Shown here: positions 59,325-64,000 of the stretch, in pieces
How positions within the stretch are numbered: the stretch's first letter is position 1
How the letters are laid out: each line of letters begins with the position of its first letter
DNA from: Candidatus Omnitrophota bacterium
GTDB lineage: Bacteria; Omnitrophota; Gorgyraeia; Gygaellales; Profunditerraquicolaceae
Length of the DNA: 64,000 nucleotides
Direction of reading: 5' to 3'
Assembly: GCA_041649115.1 (NCBI GenBank)
Contig: JBAZNT010000001.1
Coordinates: 76,325 to 140,324 of the forward strand
The notes under the pieces: generated by a model
What the model saw: the letters and a program-made list of their open reading frames with translations, nothing else
The model's database searches: none
What the model was told of the DNA's origin: nothing
Made by a program: the position numbers and the translations under genes

Positions 59325-59351
59325 CCGTTTAAGAAGACGGATCGTTGTTTT
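59325..59351 (+). terminator. Weak hairpin plus U-rich tail after the small gene
   Basis: CCGTTT-AAGA-AGACGG forms 6 bp including one G-U pair, followed by ATCGTTGTTTT. Confidence 0.3.
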
Positions 59352-59358
59352 AATAGAA

Positions 59359-59814
59359 TTGAAAACCTATGCCGGAGGAGGGGCTTCCCAGAAGAAGGCC
59401 CAGCCTCCGGCATCATTAAATAACGGCGCTAAAGCAGCCTCGGGGAGAGAAGCGATAGATACTAAAAGAACAGCCTTACGTATTGCGGCAATAGCAAAGG
59501 GGATGAAGGCGCAGAAGATAACGGTTCTGGATATGCGTGCGGTTTCGGGCTTCTGCGATTATTTTGTAATAGCCAGCGCAACCTCCCTCAGGCAGCTAAA
59601 CGCGTTATCCCGCGCCATTGAGGAAGAGATGCTTAAAGAGCGTCAAAAACCCCTTTCAAAGGCCTTGCCTAATGATGAGTCCGGCTGGGTGGCGTTGGAT
59701 TATTCCGGAGTCGTCGCGCACATATTCTATAAGCCATTAAGAGATTTTTATTCCCTGGAGCGCCTCTGGTCCGATGCCAAGAAGGTAAGGATCACCAGAA
59801 AGGCGGCGCCCTAA
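59359..59814 (+). CDS. rsfS: Ribosomal silencing factor RsfS (iojap family) with a G/A/S/P-rich N-terminal extension
   Basis: ITVLDMRAVSGFCDYFVIASATSLRQLNALSRAI and WVALDYSGVVAHIF are present. The only canonical in-frame start upstream of the conserved first helix is the TTG at 59359. Confidence 0.82.
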   Translation: MKTYAGGGASQKKAQPPASLNNGAKAASGREAIDTKRTALRIAAIAKGMKAQKITVLDMRAVSGFCDYFVIASATSLRQLNALSRAIEEEMLKERQKPLSKALPNDESGWVALDYSGVVAHIFYKPLRDFYSLERLWSDAKKVRITRKAAP

Positions 59815-59861
59815 GTTAGATTTGTTTCTAGTCCCGCATTGAAGTCACCCCGCAAGCAGCG

Positions 59862-61511
59862 ATGAAAGAAAAAATCAACGCCTTGTTAATAAAATTAATA
59901 ACGGACTCTTTAAGCGACGTGCCGGGGGCAGCAGGCGCCCTGGCCGGATTAAAGGAAGAACTGTATCTGGAGCTTCCCAAGGATAGCCGTTTCGGGGACC
60001 TCGCCAGCAATATTGCCTTAAAGCTCTCCAGGCCGCTTAAGAAGTCTCCTCCCGAGCTGGCCCAGGAGATTGCGGAGAAGATTAAGGCCCGGCTGCAAGA
60101 TTCACCCCTCGGTTTAGGCGTCAAGGAAGTAAGGGCAACAGGAGGATTCGTTAATTTTGCCCTTCGGCAGGAGTATTTTTATGAGTATCTCTCTGGCGTC
60201 ATCAAAAAAGGCAAGAGTGCCTTAAGGATGAACCTTGGATGCGGCAGAAGGGTGCTCCTGGAGTTTGTAAGCGCTAACCCCACCGGCCCGCTCTCCGTAG
60301 CGCATGCCCGTCAGGCAGCAGTAGGAGATGCCCTGGCAAGGGTCCTTTCATTTTTAGGTTTTCATGTAAAGAAGGAATACTATCTTAACGACGAAGGCAA
60401 CCAGATTGATATCCTGGGGCGCTCCGTGGAATTGAGATTTGCAGAACTCCAGGGCAGGAATGTGGCATTCCCGGAGGACCATTACCAGGGGGATTATATA
60501 TATGATATTGCCAGGGCCGTTAAATCCCGCATGATAAAGGGATGCAATTTCAAGCTCTATGCCGTAAACTACATCCTTAAGGTTATCAAGGAAGAGTTGC
60601 GTGATTTCGGGGTACGCTTCGATCGCTGGTATAGCCAGAAGTCGCTTCGCAAAAGCGGACGTATCGAGAAGACCTTGCGTATGTTGGAGCGCCGCGGACT
60701 TCTCTACCGCCAGGAGGGAGCGCTCTGGTTTAAGTCCATGCAATTCGGCGACGACAAGGACCGGGTAGTGGTAAAGAGCGACGGCTCCTATACTTATCTG
60801 GCCCCGGATATCGCCTATCACCGCGAAAAATACCGTCGGGGATTTGCCTGGCTCATCAACCTTTGGGGACCCGACCATCACGGTTACATCAACCGCCTTA
60901 AGGCCGCAGTGCAGGCATTGGGGGAGAAGGCGGATTCCCTCTCCGTAATCATCGTGCAATTAGCGACGATATTCAGGGGGGGAGAGCAGGTGCTGATGTC
61001 TACCAGGCGCGGCCAGTATATTACCATGAGGGAGGTGTTGGATGAGGTCGGCAGGGATGCCGCGCGTTTCTTCTTCATGATGCGCCGTACCGACAGCCAC
61101 CTGGATTTTGACCTTGAGCTTGCCAAAAAGAAAAATAGCGATAACCCGGTTTATTACGTGCAATATGCGCATGCCCGTATCGCAAGTATCCTTTCCAGCA
61201 GCCCCTTTAAAAACGGCGGGCAGGGGCCGGATTTTTCCCTGCTTAAAGAAACCGAGGAGCTCGCCTTAATCAGGAAGCTCTGGGAGCTGCTTTACGTATT
61301 AGAGGTTTGTCTTAAGACCGCCGACCCCTACATGCTCACCGTTTACCTGCAGGGTTTAGCCGAGTCCTTCCATAAATTCTACGACCGCCATCGCGTGTTA
61401 GGGCAGGAGAGAGAATTAACCCGCGCAAGGCTCGCCTTGATAAGCGCTACGCGTACCGTCATAGCTACCGGGCTGGACATTCTGGGTATTTCGGCTCCGG
61501 AAAAGATGTGA
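59862..61511 (+). CDS. argS: Arginyl-tRNA synthetase
   Basis: 549 aa. It has the class I HIGH-region equivalent (SANPTGPLSVAHAR) and the C-terminal anticodon-binding region (DNPVYYVQYAHARI). Confidence 0.95.
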   Translation: MKEKINALLIKLITDSLSDVPGAAGALAGLKEELYLELPKDSRFGDLASNIALKLSRPLKKSPPELAQEIAEKIKARLQDSPLGLGVKEVRATGGFVNFALRQEYFYEYLSGVIKKGKSALRMNLGCGRRVLLEFVSANPTGPLSVAHARQAAVGDALARVLSFLGFHVKKEYYLNDEGNQIDILGRSVELRFAELQGRNVAFPEDHYQGDYIYDIARAVKSRMIKGCNFKLYAVNYILKVIKEELRDFGVRFDRWYSQKSLRKSGRIEKTLRMLERRGLLYRQEGALWFKSMQFGDDKDRVVVKSDGSYTYLAPDIAYHREKYRRGFAWLINLWGPDHHGYINRLKAAVQALGEKADSLSVIIVQLATIFRGGEQVLMSTRRGQYITMREVLDEVGRDAARFFFMMRRTDSHLDFDLELAKKKNSDNPVYYVQYAHARIASILSSSPFKNGGQGPDFSLLKETEELALIRKLWELLYVLEVCLKTADPYMLTVYLQGLAESFHKFYDRHRVLGQERELTRARLALISATRTVIATGLDILGISAPEKM

Positions 61512-61512
61512 A

Positions 61513-63204
61513 ATGAATGCGCATAAAATCCTCAAGATTGCCTCGCCTGAACCGTCTCTTCAAGATACGCTCAGTAGCAGCCTGGGAATATCAAAGACGT
61601 TTTCCCAGGTCTTGATTAACCGCGGGATAAGGGGGGCAGGGGAGGCAAGAAGGTTCCTGGATGCCGATGTAGGCGGGTTGTCGGACCCGTATTCCTTCCG
61701 CGATATGCCCAAGGCCGTAGACATTATCAGTAAGGCAATTGCCGATAAAAAAAAGGTGATGGTCTTTGGGGATTATGACGTTGACGGGATTACCGCCATA
61801 GCAATACTAGATATTGTCCTTCGGCGCCTTGGGGCCGATGTGCTGCATTATATCCCCCACCGCATAAAGGAAGGATACGGTTTAACGAAGAATATACTGC
61901 GCCTGGCAGAAGACAGGGGCGCGGGTGTTCTCATTACGGTAGACTGCGGCATCAACAGCCCCCGGGAAGTAGAGGCCTTGGAGCGTCGTAACATCAGGGT
62001 AATTTTAACAGACCATCATGAGCCTGCCTCTTCGGGAGAGCTGCCCGCAGCTTCAGCGATTATCAATCCCAAGGTCAAGGGGTCGGTTTATCCGTATCGC
62101 GACCTGGCAGGGGTAGGGGTTGCCTATAAGTTATGCCAGGCGCTTAGCGGAGGGGATTTAAACGATTGCCTTGATATCGTAGCTCTGGGGACTGTCGCGG
62201 ATGTCGTGCCCCTTACCGGAGAGAACCGCATTCTGGTAAAGGAGGGTCTTAAGCGCCTTAAGGACACTGCCAACCTCGGTCTGCAGGCCTTGATGGAATC
62301 CAGCGGCATCAAAGGCAAGAATATCAGCCCTACCTTTGTCAGTTATATCCTGGGTCCGCGTATCAATGCCAGCGGGAGGATGGATAGCGCCGAGGTAGCG
62401 CTGGAATTGCTTTTGAGCAGCGATAGGGCGAGGGCAACGGAGCTGGCTTCTCTACTGGAGGGATATAACCGCCAGCGTCAGAAAGTAGAGAGCAGTATAC
62501 TTGAAGAGGCCCAGGCGATTATTGACAAGGAGGTTAATTTTAAGGAACATAAGATTATCGTTATCGCCAAAGAAGACTGGCACCAAGGGGTGCTTGGTAT
62601 TGTAGCCTCCAAGCTTGCCGACCGTTTTTACCGGCCGACCATACTTATATCTTTAAACGAAGAGCTCTGCAAGGGCTCCGGGCGTTCCATAAAGAATTTT
62701 CATCTTTTTGATGCCCTTGCGGATTGCAGCAAATACCTGGATTCTTTCGGAGGCCACAGCCATGCGGTAGGGTTGTTGATCTCCAGGGATAATATCGCGG
62801 ACTTCAGGCACAGCATCAATCGCCTGGCCCGGGAGAAATTGTTGTTACAGGACCTCCTGCCGAGTATCGAGGTTGATATGGAACTGGGATTTTGCGATTT
62901 AAACGAAAGGCTGGCCGATGAGCTTAAGCTGCTGGAGCCGTTGGGTGCCGCAAACCCCAAGCCCTTATTCTATAGCCGTAACCTAAATCTTAAGAACGCG
63001 CCGCAGGCCCTTGGCAGGGATACCCTCAAATTCTGGGTTACTGACGGTAATATTACTTATCAGGCTATAGGGTTTGGGATGGCCAGTCTCTCAGGAGAGC
63101 TTGTTAGGACTTCGGCCTTTGATTTGATTTATACTCCGAGGATGGATTCCTGGAGGGGGGGAAACTCTCTTATTCTGGAAGTCGAAGATATCTTCTTTAA
63201 GTAG
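61513..63204 (+). CDS. recJ: Single-stranded-DNA-specific exonuclease RecJ
   Basis: DHH motifs VFGDYDVDGITA, ITVDCG and LTDHH, plus the DHHA1 region GGHSHAVG. Confidence 0.93.
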   Translation: MNAHKILKIASPEPSLQDTLSSSLGISKTFSQVLINRGIRGAGEARRFLDADVGGLSDPYSFRDMPKAVDIISKAIADKKKVMVFGDYDVDGITAIAILDIVLRRLGADVLHYIPHRIKEGYGLTKNILRLAEDRGAGVLITVDCGINSPREVEALERRNIRVILTDHHEPASSGELPAASAIINPKVKGSVYPYRDLAGVGVAYKLCQALSGGDLNDCLDIVALGTVADVVPLTGENRILVKEGLKRLKDTANLGLQALMESSGIKGKNISPTFVSYILGPRINASGRMDSAEVALELLLSSDRARATELASLLEGYNRQRQKVESSILEEAQAIIDKEVNFKEHKIIVIAKEDWHQGVLGIVASKLADRFYRPTILISLNEELCKGSGRSIKNFHLFDALADCSKYLDSFGGHSHAVGLLISRDNIADFRHSINRLAREKLLLQDLLPSIEVDMELGFCDLNERLADELKLLEPLGAANPKPLFYSRNLNLKNAPQALGRDTLKFWVTDGNITYQAIGFGMASLSGELVRTSAFDLIYTPRMDSWRGGNSLILEVEDIFFK

Positions 63205-63215
63205 GGGGGATTCGC

Positions 63216-63443
63216 CTAGACCCTTGCTACCTTGCCTTTTTTGATGCATTTAGCGCAGACATAGACTCGCCTGGGTTTGTTGTCGAGCAATATCCGCATT
63301 TTCTGCAGGTTAGGCAGGAAAAGCCGTTTGGTGCTACGCACTATTTTACTTCCAGTGCCGCCTTTGCTTTTGGCCAGGCCCTTACGTACGACGTGTTTTC
63401 CTAAAAGAGGATTCTTGCCGCAGATAGCGCAAACTTTAAGCAT
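63216..63443 (-). CDS. rpmB: 50S ribosomal protein L28 (Cys-containing form)
   Basis: 75 aa: MLKVCAICGKNPLLGKHV..SKGGTG..RLFLPNLQK..VCAKCIKKG. It is the only minus-strand gene in the window. Confidence 0.93.
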   Translation of the reverse strand: MLKVCAICGKNPLLGKHVVRKGLAKSKGGTGSKIVRSTKRLFLPNLQKMRILLDNKPRRVYVCAKCIKKGKVARV

Positions 63444-63483
63444 GGTTATTTACCTCACAGAGCTTTGGTCTATTAAGGATTAG

Positions 63484-63511
63484 AGTATACTTGAAAATAT
63501 CCCCTTGTCAA
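63484..63511 (-). promoter_or_regulatory. rpmB promoter (minus strand)
   Basis: On the reverse complement: TTGACA (63511-63506), a 16-nt spacer, then TATACT (63489-63484). A GAGG RBS precedes the rpmB ATG. Confidence 0.5.
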
Positions 63512-63519
63512 GTTAAAAT
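63491..63519 (+). promoter_or_regulatory. Plus-strand promoter for the helicase leader, interdigitated with the rpmB promoter
   Basis: TTGAAA (63491-63496), a 17-nt spacer, then TAAAAT (63514-63519). Confidence 0.45.
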
Positions 63520-63536
63520 AAATGGATACGAAATAA

Positions 63537-63574
63537 ATAGAGACGCTTTCCTCCCTAATCGGGACAGTGTCTTC
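63537..63574 (+). repeat. Hairpin-repeat family copy (helicase leader, unit 1)
   Basis: ATAGAGACGCTTTCCTCCCTAATCGGGACAGTGTCTTC is 31/38 identical to 37543-37580. The arms AGACGCTTTCC and GGACAGTGTCT pair at 10 of 11 positions, including one G-U. Confidence 0.75.
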
Positions 63575-63628
63575 GTCCAGGCGCCCAAAAGCCTTCGGTA
63601 TGACAAAAAACAGTTTCTATCATATAGT

Positions 63629-63665
63629 AAAGACGCTTTCCCGAACAACAAGGAAAACACCTCCG
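63629..63665 (+). repeat. Hairpin-repeat family copy (helicase leader, unit 2; the 3' arm is decayed)
   Basis: It contains ACGCTTTCCCGAAC (63633-63646), identical to 37592-37605, followed by AAGGAAAACACCTCC. Confidence 0.6.
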
Positions 63666-63673
63666 GTTTATAG

Positions 63674-64000
63674 ATGAATATACTTGAGGGATTAAACGAA
63701 GAGCAGAAAAGGGCGGTTACCCACCGCCAAGGCCACCTGCTTATCATCGCCGGAGCAGGTACCGGCAAGACTACCGTTATTACCAGGAGGATAGCCTGGC
63801 TTTTATCAGAAGGGTTAGCGCGCACCAACGAAATCCTGGCGCTTACCTTTACCGATAAGGCAGCCTTGGAGATGCTGGAACGGGTGGACATACTGGTTCC
63901 TTACGGCTACACTGATATCTGGGTGTCTACCTTCCATGCCTTTGGCGACAGGTTATTGCGCGAGAATGCCCTGGTTGCAGGGCTCAACCCCGATTTCAGG
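63674..64000 (+). CDS. UvrD/PcrA/Rep-family superfamily-1 DNA helicase, N-terminal fragment (continues beyond the window)
   Basis: My translation is MNILEGLNEEQKRAVTHRQGHLLIIAGAGTGKTTVITRRIAWL..LALTFTDKAA.., with Walker A and motif Ia. It is not in the ORF track because no stop codon falls in the window. Confidence 0.85.
   Translation, partial: MNILEGLNEEQKRAVTHRQGHLLIIAGAGTGKTTVITRRIAWLLSEGLARTNEILALTFTDKAALEMLERVDILVPYGYTDIWVSTFHAFGDRLLRENALVAGLNPDFR

Noticed and set aside
59078-59416. Minus-strand ORFs of 112 and 76 aa covering the CNNM-rsfS gap
   Set aside because: The plus strand carries a compact zinc-ribbon gene with an RBS and promoters. The minus-strand ORFs have no start context or motif and overlap the rsfS start.
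63491-63891. Track ORFs 63491-63673 (+, 60 aa) and 63508-63891 (-, 127 aa)
   Set aside because: The plus ORF is made of the hairpin-repeat leader and starts with TTG inside the -35 hexamer. The minus ORF is antisense to the clearly recognisable UvrD/PcrA N-terminus (AGAGTGKT).

Overview
The window is an almost uninterrupted, co-directional block of core housekeeping genes: I call 67 CDS, 66 on the + strand, many with 1-30 nt overlaps. The host is a diderm, LPS-making bacterium, probably a strict anaerobe. I cannot place it taxonomically from sequence alone.

Gene content in order:
- Kdo/LPS export: rfaE fragment, kdsB, kdsA, kdsD, kdsC, an lptC/lptA-like ORF, lptB
- tig-clpP, then a class-V aminotransferase and serA
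- A large exported Cys-rich multidomain protein
- A homocitrate/isopropylmalate-synthase-family enzyme, then purA
- A two-gene envelope lipoprotein operon
- DUF4912 plus a GH57 branching enzyme
- uppS-cdsA-dxr-rseP-ispG-proS, rimP-nusA-infB, trpS, scpA, ruvB
- Queuosine genes queH, queA and tgt, then trmD-rplS-rnhB-yraN
- A C1/Wood-Ljungdahl-type module: fchA-like, folD, metF, a divergent flavoprotein and acsB
- A TPR protein, polA, glgA, coaE, rho, rpmE, prfA, prmC, murA
- trpGDCFBA, an M16 peptidase and a CNNM/CBS protein
- A 49-aa zinc-ribbon gene that is absent from the ORF track
- rsfS, argS, recJ, rpmB (the only minus-strand gene) and the 5' end of a UvrD/PcrA helicase

I found no rRNA, tRNA, CRISPR array, transposase, integrase, reverse transcriptase or recognisable defence or toxin genes. 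I therefore cannot point to a clear new multi-gene system.

The observations most worth follow-up are:
1. A family of about 38-nt hairpin repeats in at least five intergenic gaps. All copies are co-oriented with transcription, and their stems close only in + sense RNA through G-U pairs.
2. Stacked copies of these repeats between folD and metF, which form an attenuator-like set of mutually exclusive helices.
3. The methyl-branch/acsB cluster. It has a degenerate, truncated NirB/rubredoxin-reductase-like flavoprotein translationally coupled between metF and acsB, with no metV and no CODH or corrinoid genes nearby.
4. An exported protein with a degenerate 5'-nucleotidase-like domain, a Cys knot and thioredoxin-like domains.
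5. Domain-loss variants of conserved proteins: trigger factor without its PPIase domain, and ProRS with a Cys4 ribbon in place of the INS editing domain.

All calls rest on reading the supplied translations and the DNA by eye. No database search or folding calculation was run.
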